Positions 17,574-39,636 of a stretch of 64,000 nt of DNA are shown here, piece by piece (the stretch's first letter is position 1; each line of letters opens with the position of its first letter). The translations under genes were made by a program, and so were the position numbers. The stretch is from NCBI RefSeq assembly GCF_009914755.1, contig NC_060927.1; one strand, 5' to 3'. The stretch is from the human T2T-CHM13v2.0 reference genome, Homo sapiens. The notes below the pieces were generated by a model. It did no database searches, was not told where the DNA came from, and saw only the letters and a program-made list of their open reading frames with translations.

Positions 17574-17603
17574 TCACAATCGTTTTCCTCTTACTCCCGC
17601 CAT
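17574..17603 (-). other. uORF1 in RAF1 exon 1 (MAGVRGKRL*)
   Basis: ATG GCG GGA GTA AGA GGA AAA CGA TTG TGA read on the minus strand. Translation is not demonstrated. Confidence 0.55.
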
Positions 17604-18119
17604 CTAAGATGGCGGCCCAAGCGCCCGCGATTAAGACTCTCGGGCGGCCCAGACGAGCGAGCCCTCGACTCGGTGCTCGTCCTCCCGACCTGCGACGCCA
17701 CCGGCTCTCCGATTCTGCGCGAGCCCTACTGGCAGTCGACTTCTAACTTGGCTCGGGCATCCATCGCTCTGGCCTGAACTCAGGCCCCGCCCCCGGGGCG
17801 TGGCCTAGCGATCTGGTGGCCGCCATTTCGAAGCTGAAGAGGTTAGGCGACGCTGACTTGCTTTCAGGAGAGGCACTCGGTAATCGAGAAGAACCGGCTT
17901 TCGGCCAGCCAGGAGTGGCCAGAGGCCTAGAAGGGGAGAGGAAGGCCTGCCTGCCCAGCATTGCAAGGCCCAGCGATCACCAGACGTGCCTCAGGACACA
18001 GGGCACAGTGTCCAACTTTGACGCGTCCTCTCCGGGCACTTTAATACCAAATCACGGCTCCGCCACTTGACAGCTATGTGGACAGTCCCTGAACCTTAAA
18101 CGGTCTTTTCCTTGTGTGT

Positions 18120-18480
18120 AAATTCCGAGTTCATTTTTCCCCCATCACATTAGCAACAAGTTAAAAAAACTGATAATATCCGGTTTGGTCCAAGGTATAT
18201 TGAAACCTGTTGTGTGCCCTCGCAGCGCTATCACAGTGGAACTTGGACATGTTAAAACTATATATCCTTCCTCCCGGCAGTTTCACTTCTAGACACTAAT
18301 TCTAGAGAAATAAGTATACACATACACAAAAAGCTATGTGTGAAGATATTTAATGCCATATTATTTGCATTCTGGAGAAACACTGGGGATGAAATGAAGA
18401 TTAATAGGAAACTGGTTAAGAGAACGCTGCTACACATCCAATCTGGGTTGTCATCCATCCAAGAATGAACTAGATAGTTA
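18120..18480 (+). mobile_element. Very old L1ME fragment
   Basis: CCGGCAGTTTCACTTCTAGACACTAATTCTAGAGAAATA and similar degenerate L1 ORF2-end motifs. Confidence 0.5.
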
Positions 18481-18683
18481 CTGAATTTAAAAAACAACAA
18501 AAAAAGGGCCCGGCGCTTTTTTTGGGATTACTCCTGTAATCCCAGCACTTTGGAAGGCCGAGGCAGGCGGATCACCTGAGGTCGGGAGTTCGAGACCAGC
18601 CTGACCAACATGGAGAAACCCCGTCTCTACTAAAAATACAAAAATTAGCCGGGCGTGGTGGCGGGCGCCTGTAATCCCAGCTA

Positions 18684-19210
<527 letters not shown>

Positions 19211-19261
19211 TCAGGAGATCGAGACCATCCTGGCTAACACAGTGAAACCCCGTCTCTACTA

Positions 19262-19649
<388 letters not shown>

Positions 19650-20837
19650 TTACGCAAACACAGGAACACAAGATACCTACCTAATACTACAGAATGCCAT
19701 GTGCACTATTACTTTTCGATATTGAGAGCCTATTAGGTACCACACATTATTTTGGATATTGGAAAATTAACAGTAATCAAAATCCCTGCCATCTAGTAAT
19801 GGGAGACTAAAAGAAAATATAAATAATAAAATTCAGGTTGGATGTGGTGGCCAAAGCCTCTAATCCCAGCACTTTGAGAGGCCAAGGAAGGGGGCTCACT
19901 TCAGCCCAGATGTTGAAGACCAGCCTGAGCAACATGAGACCCCATCTCTACCAAAAAAAAAAAAGAAAAGAAAATTAGTGTGCATGGTGACATGCTCCTG
20001 TAATCCAGCTAGGGAGGAGGCTGAGGCTGGAGGATCACTTGGAGTTGGGGATGGCATAAGCTATGATTGCCTCACTGCACTCCAGCCTGGACAACATAGC
20101 AAGCCCCCGTCTCTTAAAAAAGAAGAAGAAAGGAAAAATGAAGCAAAGTGAGAATGACAGGAGTATGTGGACCAACGTAAAAATAAATGTAGGAGAAAGA
20201 CTGGCCAGGCGCGGTCGCTCACGCTTGTAATCCCAGCCCTTTGGGAGGCCGAGGCAGGCAGATCACAAGGTCAAGAAATAGAGACCCTCCTGGCTAACAC
20301 GGTGAAACCCGGTCTCTACTAAAAATAAAAAAAATAAAAAAATTTTTAAAAAAGCCGGGCGCGGTGGCTCACGCCTGTAATCCCAGCACTTTGGGAGGCC
20401 AAGGCAGGCGGATCACGAGGTCAGGAGATCGAGACCATCCTGGCTAACACGGTGAAATCCCATCTCTACTAAAAATACAAAAAATTAGCCGGGTGTGGTG
20501 GCGGGTGCCTGTAGTCCCGGCTACTCGGAAGGCTGAGGCAGGAGAATGGCGTGAACCCAGGAGGCAGAGCTTACAGTGAGCCAAGATGGCGCCACTGCAC
20601 TCCGTCTGCCTGGGCGACAGAGCGAAACTCCGTCTCAAAAAAAAAAAAAAAAAAAGAAAGACTAGAAGGTGTGGAATGTGGATAGCATGAGGGGGATTTT
20701 TAAAATGGGAATAATAGGCCAGGCACGGTGGCTCATGCCTGTAATCCCAGCACTTTGGGAAGCTGAGGCAGGCAGATCACCTGAGGTTGGGAGTTCGAGA
20801 CCAGCCTGACCAACATGGAGAAACCCCATGTCTACTA

Positions 20838-20990
<153 letters not shown>

Positions 20991-21541
20991 TCAATAAATA
21001 AATAAATAAATAATAAATAAAATAAAATGGGAATAATAACACTTTCCTTGCAGGATTAAATGAGATAAAACCTGGAGAGCACTTAGTGCAGAGCCTGGTG
21101 GTTGAGACTTCAGTGCCTAGAGTCTGACTTGCCTGGGTTCAAATTTGGACTCTGCCATTTCCTTATCTGTGACTTGGAGAACTCATTTAAACTTCTCAAT
21201 TCTTCCATTCCCTCATCTATAATGGAAATGTGATGATACTACCTCTTAGAGTTGTAAGGATTTAGTAAGTTTTAGACGTAAAGTACTTGGAACAGTGCCT
21301 TCCTCATATTAAGCATTGTAGAAGTGTTAGCTGTAATTACTAGAGCTATCTCCCTCTTTTTCTAAAATAACACTGGTTTACAAGGAAACCAAAGAAGTCA
21401 ATATTATAACTATCTCTAATTATCATTATCATTATTACTTGAGGCAGAGTTTCGAAGCCACACTTGCTGACCTTCTGATTATTCCTTCCTTCAGCATCCC
21501 CAGCTGATATTTGCCCAGCACTTTACATCTTAGAAATTTAA

Positions 21542-21860
<319 letters not shown>

Positions 21861-21899
21861 TCAAACTTTTCAGCTCACCTGGAAGAATGGCTACTTCAT

Positions 21900-22330
21900 T
21901 TTTTAAAAAATTTATTGAGGTGAAATGAACCATTTTAAACTGAACATTTAGTGGCATTTAGTACATTCAGTCTTTTACAGCCACCACCCCTAGTTCCAAA
22001 ACATTTCCATTACTCCAAAGTAAAACCCCTTACCCATCAAGCAGTTTCTTCCCCATCCCCTGAACGTCTGGCAATCACCAATATGCATTCTGTCACTATG
22101 GATTTTTCTATTCTGGATATTACATAAAAATGGACTCACACAATATGTGGCCTTTTGTGACTGACTTCTTTCACCTGGCATAATGTTTTCAAGGTTCATC
22201 CACATGGTAGCATGTGTCAGTACTTTATTCATTTTCATGGCTGAATAATATCCCATTGTAAGTTTATGCCACATTTTGTTTATCCATTCATCTGTTGGTG
22301 GACATTTGGGCTGTTTCCATTTTTTGGGCA
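21900..22330 (-). mobile_element. L1MB-like 3' fragment
   Basis: ORF 21990-22331 (KKWKQPKCPPTDEWINKMW..YYSAMK) is the L1 ORF2 C-terminus. Confidence 0.85.
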
Positions 22331-22519
22331 TCGTGTGTGCTAAAACATGTGTGTTACATGCTGGGTTGCATATCCCCTACTTTAGATACCTCTGGTTTGG
22401 TGGTAGGAGAGGTCAAGTGTGCTAAAGTTATTAGGAAAGGTCTCAGAAGAGTAATAGGAGGAAGGAATGAGTCTGAAATGGTTTGAAGGAAGAATAGACA
22501 TGCCCATGATGTCAGATCA

Positions 22520-22916
<397 letters not shown>

Positions 22917-22967
22917 TCAGGAGATCGAGACCATCCTGGCTAACACAGTGAAACCCCGTCTCTACTA

Positions 22968-23249
<282 letters not shown>

Positions 23250-23394
23250 TCACGTATCAGGCATTTTTACAGTTTCCAATACACAACCCATGAGAGGCCT
23301 CATCTTCACATGAGGAGAGGGTAAGTAATTTGTCCTAAGACACAAATCTGGTGGTAAGTAGTGGAGCAAGGATTTGGATCTATTTTGTTTGTTC

Positions 23395-24400
<1,006 letters not shown>

Positions 24401-24662
24401 ATGAGGCTGAGGACAGAGGGTGGAGTCATATTCAGTCTGACTCCCAAACCTGTGACCTTTCCATGCCATCCTGCCCTGCAGGGACTTTGAAGTGTGGGGC
24501 TGGCCTGGGCTGGGTGCTGGGAGAGACAGAGCCATGTAAACAAACAGTTGCCCCAGCAGGTGACGCAAATGTGCTCTCATGGATAACTGTGCGAGGGGCA
24601 CCAAGAGGAGGGAGGCAGTGACCAGAGACAACATATAAGCTATCTTAAAGGATGAGTGGAAT

Positions 24663-25561
24663 TGTAACCATAATAGGTCCTTTATCCGGTGCACGTGGCA
24701 AGTCAATTCACCACATTGCAGCAGTGAAAGAGGTTTATTTCTAGGGATGCTGAACCAGGAGATGGGAGGAAACCTCAAATCCGTCTCCACAGAGTTTGGG
24801 GCTAGGGTTTTCAGGGGTTTGGGAATCAGCCAAAGTGTGGAGATCCTTGATTGCTCAAAGGGCACAGGGCAAAGTCATGGAACAGGGAGATGAAGAAACT
24901 GTATTCTCATGCTGATTCCATTCCTCTGTAGGGGTCAGTGGGTCTTCAGACTATTTGAGGTCAGCTGTCTTGCTGGAATTCAGGATCTAAAAAACATCTT
25001 AAGAAATTCTTAAACAAAAACCTTATGATTCTAATGTCAGAGATTCTACCTATCTTAAATAAAAGGCTTATTATTCTAGCATCAGAAAGCTGATCTATAG
25101 GCCAGGTGTGGTGGCGGCTCACACTTGTAATCCTAGCACTTTGGGAGGCTGAGGTGGGAGGACCTCTTAGCCCAAGAGTTCAAGACCATTCTGGGCAACA
25201 TAGGGAGACCCCTGTCTCTACAAAAAAATTTAAAAATTAGCGAGGTGTGGTAGCCTACACCTGTAGACTGGGCTACTCAGGAAGTTGAGGCGGGAGGATT
25301 GCTTGAGTGTGGGAGGTCAAGACTGCAGTGAGCCATGATTGTACCACTGCACTCCAGCCTGGGTGACAGAGTGAGACCTTGTCAAAAAAAAAAAACAAAA
25401 CCTATCTGTAGGAACAATGGGGATGCAAATGGTCAGTATCTAGTGCCCTGTAATTTTCAGTTACAAGAAAGTGGGTCAAAGTGCAGCCTAAGTAATGCTT
25501 AATTATAACTATTAATATATTTTTGTCCAAAATTCTTGTTAATCCTGTGAGGACAACTTCA
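24663..25561 (-). mobile_element. ERV1 MER4-group solo LTR (MER49-like) with nested AluJ at about 25100-25400
   Basis: TG...CA ends and 4-bp TSD GAAT (24659-24662, 25562-25565). The minus strand starts TGAAGTTGTCCTCACAGGATTAACAAGAATT, like MER49. Confidence 0.75.
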
Positions 25562-25916
25562 GAATGTTCCAGACTGAGAAGGGAAGGAGTGCAGGGCAAG
25601 AGGTGGGAACAGTATGGGCAAAGGCATAGAGGTGTGATTAGCATAAGTTTGGGAAACAGCAAGCAGGTCTCTGAGGTTGGAGATCGCCTTCCTGGGGCAG
25701 ACGGCATGGAGAGAATGATGAAGGGGAATCCTAGAGGGGCAAAAGATACCTGGCCCAGTGTCAATCCCCCTCATGCCATAATGGGCAGCCCATGATGGAG
25801 GGTGAGGGCCTGGTTGCTGGGGTGGCAACCACAATATATGCTATGGTGTCATTTGCAGGAAAGCCTAGTACAGCCATCTTGGAAAACAATTAAAAATTAA
25901 GACCTGGGCTCTCTCA

Positions 25917-26711
<795 letters not shown>

Positions 26712-26806
26712 TGAGCCGGGCACGGTGGCCCACCACCTCCCCCACCACCTCCATGGCTCACCTCTAGAGGAAGGTTGCCCACAGCATTCCCTCACAATTC
26801 ACATGT

Positions 26807-27523
<717 letters not shown>

Positions 27524-27630
27524 GGGGGTGGGAGGGGGAAGACTCACTTGCTCTGAGCCCTGGAAACACCTCAGGGCTGAAGACCCACCTTCAATAGGAG
27601 CCCTATTATGCCATATTCCTACTTTAGCAG

Positions 27631-28598
27631 TGTGGGGAAAAGAAAGAGAGATCAGACTGTTACTGTGTCTATGTACAAAGAAGTAGACATAAGAGACTCC
27701 ATTTTGTTCTGTACTAAGAAAAATTCTTCTGCCTTGAGATGCTGTTAATCTGTAACCCTACCCCCAACCCTGTGCTCACAGAAACATGTGCTGTGTCGAC
27801 TCAAGGTTTAATGGATTTAGGGCTATGCAGGATGTGCTTTGTTAAACAAATGCTTGAAGGCAGCATGCTTGTTAAAAGTCATCACCACTCCCTAATCTCA
27901 AGTATCCAGGGACACAAAACACTGCGGAAGGCCTCAGGGACCTCTGCCTAGGAAAGCCAGGTATTGTCCAAGGTTTCTCCCCATGTGATAGCCTGAGATA
28001 TGGCCTTGTGGGAAGGGAAAGACCCGACCGTCCCCCAGCCCGACACCCTTTAAAGGGTCTGTGCTGAGGAGAATTAGTAAGAGGAAGGCCTCTTTGCAGT
28101 TGAGATAAGAGGAAGGCATCTGTCTCCTGCACGTGCCTGGGCAATGGAATGTCTCGGTGTAAAACCCGATTGTATTATTCCATCTACTGATATAGGAGAA
28201 AACCGCCTTATGGCTGGAGGTGAGACATGCTGGCAGCAATACTGCTCTTTAATGCACCGAGATGTTTATGTATGTGCACATCAAAGCACAGCACCTTTTT
28301 CTTAACCTTGTTTATGACACAGAGACATTTGTTCACATGTTTTCCTGCTGACCCTCTCCCCACTATTACCCTATTGTCCTGCCACATCCCCCTCTCCGAG
28401 ATGGTAGAGATAATGATCAATAAATACTGAGGGAACTCAGAGACCTATGCCAGCGTGGTCCTCTGTATGCTGAGCGCCGGTCCCCTGGGCCCACTTTTCT
28501 TTCTCTATACTTTGTCTCTGTGTCTCTTTCTTTTCTCAGTCTCTCATCCCAACCGACGAGAAACACCCACAGGTGTGGAGGGGCAGGCCACCCCTTCA
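27631..28598 (+). mobile_element. HERV-K (HML-2) solo LTR, LTR5B-like
   Basis: 968 bp, TGTGGGGAAAAGAAAGAGAGATCAG...GGGCAGGCCACCCCTTCA, AATAAA near 28419, no PBS or internal sequence following. Confidence 0.93.
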
Positions 28599-29759
28599 TC
28601 CAGCTCCTGAGGAGAACATGCATTTTCTCCTTGATAAGCCCAATCCCTCCTCTCTCTTCGGCACAGAGGGGCTGGCCTGGACTCTGGAGTCAGACAGCTG
28701 GGAGACCAAACCCCAGCCTGCCCCTCATCCCTGTGATTCTTGGCCTCTCCCTCAGGTCAAGTAGGAAACACTTGCCTTCAAGCCTTGCTGGGAGGAAACA
28801 AAACTGGAAAGCACAGTCCCTAGCACACAGTAGGAGCGCAGAAAGCGCGGCTCCTCCCCCTCTCCCCAACCTCTCCCTGACTCACTGCTTTCTGCCCTAC
28901 ATGGACAAGTCGACTGGGTCTTGAAGAAAAAAAACACCAATGTGCCCCTTGTACTTGGTACCCTAATTCCTCCCCTTTAGGGCCAAATTAACCTAAAAAA
29001 TGGTCTAGGCTCGGGCTGAATTTTCTCACCCACCCCTGCATTAAGCCGTGACAGTTGGCCTTCCACAGCCATCCCCAGAATGCCTCTTCTTCCCACGGAA
29101 ACCACCCTCCAAGGCCCCCAGTAAATCCCAGGAGGGTGTCCCAAGCCCAGGCCTCAATGCCCTTTGTGGCATTTGGTAAAGGGTATGCCCTTCCTGTTGA
29201 AACTCTACCTCTGTGCTTCTCTCCTATTTCACACCAGCGTTGTCTGATTCTTCTTGTCCCAGGACTGGCTCCTTTTACGCTTGCAGGGTGTTAGACCCAG
29301 AGCAGCTTGGTGAAGCAGCTCCTGCCATTTCCTCTGTTGGAAATACCCTTCCATGCTTTAGATCCCAGCTCGAGGACCACTTCTGCAGCAACTAGCTCCA
29401 CCTCTACCCCAACTTCGTTGTGTGCATTGCCTTCTCTCAGCCTCACATAGGCATCACAGAATAGGCACAAGCTTTGGAATCTGACTTATTTAAAAGGTAG
29501 TGCTACCCAAAAAAAAAAAAAAAAATAGAGGGGCCAGGCACAGTGGCTCACACCTGTACTCCCAGCACTGTGGGAGGCCGAGGCGGGTGGATCATCTGAG
29601 GTCAGGAGTTCAAGACTAGCCTGGCCAACATGGTGAAACCCCATCTCTACTAAAAATGCAAAAAATTAGCCAGGCGTGGTGGCAGGCACCTGTAATCCCA
29701 GCTACTCAGGAGGCTGAGGCAGGAGAATCACTTGAACCCCGAGGCGGAGGTTGCAGTGA

Positions 29760-30182
<423 letters not shown>

Positions 30183-30661
30183 TGATCCACCTGCCTTGGC
30201 CTCCCAAAGTGCTGGGATTACAGGCGTGAGCTACCATGCCCAGCCTTTGTTTTGTTTTATTTTGTTTTGTTTTGTTTGTTTTCCACCCAGGCTGGATTGC
30301 AGTGGCGCAATCACGGCTCACTGCAGCCTCATCCTCCTGAGGCTCAGGTGATCCTCCCTCTTCAGCCTTTTGAGTAGCTAGGACTACAGGTGCGTCACCA
30401 CACCCAGCTAATTTTTTTTTTATTATTGTTATTCAGCTATAGACTTTGATTTCCATCTCTTTATCCTATTAGCTGTTTGACTCTATGTATTAGCAAACTG
30501 GCTAATGTATCTGCAGTTTTCTTATCTGTGAAATGGGAATGATGTGCCCACCTCCCCCTGCCCCACCAAGGGCTTTGGTAGGGCTGAGATCCCTATTTAA
30601 AACATCTTATCGGCAGGGCGCGGTGGCTCACACCTGTAATCCTAGCACTTTGGGTGGCCTA

Positions 30662-32921
<2,260 letters not shown>

Positions 32922-33084
32922 GAGCGAGGCCAGGAGGGTCATATAGGCCTGGAAGGGTCTTAAAATTTGCCATTCTCCCCAAACAAGGTTATAGAGGTAC
33001 ACTGATCAGAATAAAACAAGAAACCACTCATCATACAATTTTAAACTGGAGCCTGACACCAGACCACACTGTCTGTGGTAGATT

Positions 33085-33432
33085 ATTATTCCAGCTGTCC
33101 TTTGTTGTGTAACAAGCTGCCTGAACTTAAGCTCAGCTGAGGGTATCTGCCAGAGCACCTCTGCCGGCTCTTCCAGCACAGTGGCCTCAGGGTGTCCAGA
33201 ATTCCTACGTGGGGACTCAGAGCACCAACAACTAATGCGTCATGGTATTTTATGACCTACTGACCTAGCATCTCTTCCACTGTGCTCTACTGGCTGTAGC
33301 AGTTACAGCCCGCAGAGCCAAGGGGAGGAAATACAGAATCCACTTCTCGATGCGGGACTGATGAGGTTACAGAAATTCATATGGGATGGGACCTATTGTT
33401 GCACTATCTTTGAAAAGTATTAATTGGCCACA
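33085..33432 (-). mobile_element. Old MLT1 LTR
   Basis: TTGTTGTGTAACAAG start and TCTTTGAAAAGTATTAATTGGCCACA end. Confidence 0.55.
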
Positions 33433-33683
33433 TCTGTGAATTACATCTTAAATCCTTTATCTTGAAAAGAGCATCATAAATTTACATTATGTTTGTATGG
33501 GGGTGGATTATGAATTTAAAAGTTATTAGTTTGTTGAATATAAGCTTTTAAAGGCCAAGCACAGTGGCTCATGCCTGTAATCCCAGCATTTTGGGAGGCC
33601 AAAGCAGAAGGATTGCTTGAGGCCACGAGTTCAAGACCAGCCTGAGCCATGTAGCAAGACCTCTTCTCTACAAATAGAAATAA

Positions 33684-33950
<267 letters not shown>

Positions 33951-33953
33951 TAG

Positions 33954-34301
<348 letters not shown>

Positions 34302-34354
34302 TGATTACAGGCTTGAGCCACCGCACCTGGCCCATCACCATTTTTTAATACCTA

Positions 34355-34673
<319 letters not shown>

Positions 34674-35457
34674 CTAAAAAAAAAATAAAAAATAAAAAAA
34701 AATCTCAGGAGCTTCAAAAAAATGTAATGGCTTAGGTCTTTCTTAGTCTCTGGGATAAGGGCCTTATTATGGTATATTCTACCGCCCCCATCCCGCAGCG
34801 TGTAGTACTGAGCATATAGTTGGTGCTTAATGTATACTTATTTCACTGTTAGCTAAGACAGAAGAGAAACTGTGGCTTTAGCCTTAGGATGAACCTTAAA
34901 GGAACAAGGCTTATTGGATGACTAACACTTTAATTTCTGGTTATTTCATTGTCACCACATCCAGTCTAAAATTGATACAGTTTCCTTCATTGGCTCACAT
35001 TGGCTGGCTCCAAAGGGAGAATGAAAGCCAGATAATCAGGACCAAAGATGTGCTTGTGTTGTTTTGTTTTGCTGAAATGATATGGACAATCCTGTCAGTT
35101 CTCCCTTTCACTCTCCATTATCTACAGTTCACCCTCATGCTGGAGGCCACACCAGCTACTGGTGATGTAGAGATGCCCAGCAGAGTCCCTGCCCTTGAGG
35201 GCCTCATTGTGCAGTGTGGAGAAGAACAAATGAATTACAGGCCCAGGCAAGGCTTTGAAACATAGTAGTCTATCTACGTGTCAGTGTTCCTTGGAGAGGG
35301 AATGACTGGATAAGTGGGAAGGGAGGGCCTCCTGGAGGAGGAGTGTGTTCAGGAATGAAATCAAAAGTGAAATTCTCCAAGGGAAGGAGATGAGGAAAGA
35401 CAGGCAGAAGAAACAGGGCAAGTAAAGATACACACAGAGGCAGGAGTTGGCACTCTT

Positions 35458-36003
35458 CATGGTAGCCAAGATGACTGCCTGTGATCCCCACTTCCTGTAT
35501 TCACAGCTTGTGAAATTCCCTGCCATATTTTGTCAGGGTTGGTCTGCATGACCAATAGAATACCACAGAAGTGGTGTTGTGTCACTTCCAAGGCTAGTTC
35601 TAAAAGACTGTGTGCAATGCTGCCAAAAAAAAAAAAGGAACTTCACCCAAGATTTTTTCCTGTTTCTTCTATCTTCTATCTCTTTCTTTTTTGGATCATT
35701 TGTGCTGAAGGAAGTCACAGGCAGTCCTACAGAGAGACCCACATGATGAGGAACTGAGTCCGCTTGCCAATAGTCACACAAGCAGATTCTTCAAGCCCAT
35801 CAAGCCTTCAGATACCATGGTCCCCACTGACTGCAACCTCAGCTTTTATTTTTTGACTATGACCTCATGAGAGACCTTGAGCCAGAGCCACCAGCTAAGC
35901 CCCTGCTGAATTGAACTCTCATAAACTGCATGAGATAGTAAATGCTTGTCTTAGCTGCTGAGTTTTAGAATAATTTGTTACACAGCAATAGATCACTTAT
36001 ACA
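35458..36003 (+). mobile_element. MLT1F-like LTR
   Basis: GACCAATAGAATACCACAGAAGTG...TAATTTGTTACACAGCAATAGATCACTTATACA. Confidence 0.7.
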
Positions 36004-36129
36004 GTGTGTGTGTGCAAGAAAATGTAAGTAGTTTGGTTTGTTGAGTGCCTAAGTTTGGTGAAATACAGGCCCAGTGGAAGGGGCTGGGAAGCACCTGGGT
36101 TATCCATCTCAGGCCCCATGCCTCAATTG

Positions 36130-37298
<1,169 letters not shown>

Positions 37299-37728
37299 GC
37301 CCCGGCCGTTAGCTGTTGATTTTCTCTCCGGAAACTGAATATTGACATTCAGTGAAGCTCATGTCTTCTCCTTCTGAAGAGCGTTCCCTTCAGACCACAT
37401 GTGGAAATCACTGGGAGTTATGCACACGCTTTCAGGAGGAGGGAGTCTATGAACTGAAGGAGTGTTCCGAGCCCCAAAGACCAATGGGTGTAAAAGGCTG
37501 CCCACTGCCTTTAGTCTTTCTTCCGCTATTCATTCCTCAGGTGGCTTGCTTTGCCCCACAGCCTCTGAGGCTGTTGTGGATTCACAGGGGTTCACGTTGG
37601 AGAGGCTTCATCAGACCAGATTCAGTACATTGTGAGAACTCTGGAATTATTATTTTTATTTTATTATTACTATATTTTATCTGACTAGAAGCCATTTATT
37701 ACCAAACCAATTTATTTCTTAGAGTTGA

Positions 37729-38022
<294 letters not shown>

Positions 38023-38069
38023 TAATCTGCCCGCCTCGGCCTCCCAAAGTGTTAGGATTACAGGTGTGA

Positions 38070-38300
<231 letters not shown>

Positions 38301-38334
38301 TAGCCAGGATGGTCTCGATCTCTTGACCTCGTGA

Positions 38335-38556
<222 letters not shown>

Positions 38557-38820
38557 TAATTTTTTGTATTTTTAGTAGAGATGGGGTTTTGCCATGTTGC
38601 CCAGGCCAGTCTCAAACTCCTGAGCTCAGGCAATCCACCCACCTCGGCCTCCCAAAATGTGGGAATTACAGGCATAAGCCACCGCACCCGGCCTGGTATT
38701 ATGTTTATAATTAACAATATTTACAACCCTTATAATGTGCAATGTTTCCATAACTTGGAGACCATGAGAACTGAGCTTTAAACAGTAGCTGAAGATGCAG
38801 TCCTCTGATGTTTAGCTTAA

Positions 38821-39258
<438 letters not shown>

Positions 39259-39426
39259 TAGCCGGGATGGTCTTGATCTCCTGATCTCGTGACCCACCCG
39301 CCTCAGCCTCCCAAAGTGCTGGAATTACAGGCATGAGCCACCGTGCCCGCCTCTCAGATTCTTTATAGTAATGTTGGCATCCTGTAGACATTTGTCCGAT
39401 CAGGAAAATCAGTGTTTTCTTTTTGA

Positions 39427-39636
<210 letters not shown>

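Larger units (their letters stand above)
17328..17716 (-). other. RAF1: RAF1 exon 1 (non-coding 5'UTR exon)
   Basis: The minus strand reads AGAATCGGAGAGCCGGTGGCGTCGCAGG...GCCGCCGAACGACAGGACGTTGGGGCGGCCTGGCTCCCTCAG, matching my recollection of the RAF1 mRNA 5'UTR. It ends at a canonical donor CAG|GTAGGT at 17328/17327. The 5' boundary depends on the TSS used. Confidence 0.93.
16900..17950. promoter_or_regulatory. RAF1: CpG-island, TATA-less promoter of RAF1
   Basis: High GC and dense CpG. GC boxes at 17783-17805, YY1-type CGCCATNT motifs at 17597-17616 and 17818-17828, and an E2F-like TTTCCGCCAAA near 17087. Confidence 0.9.
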
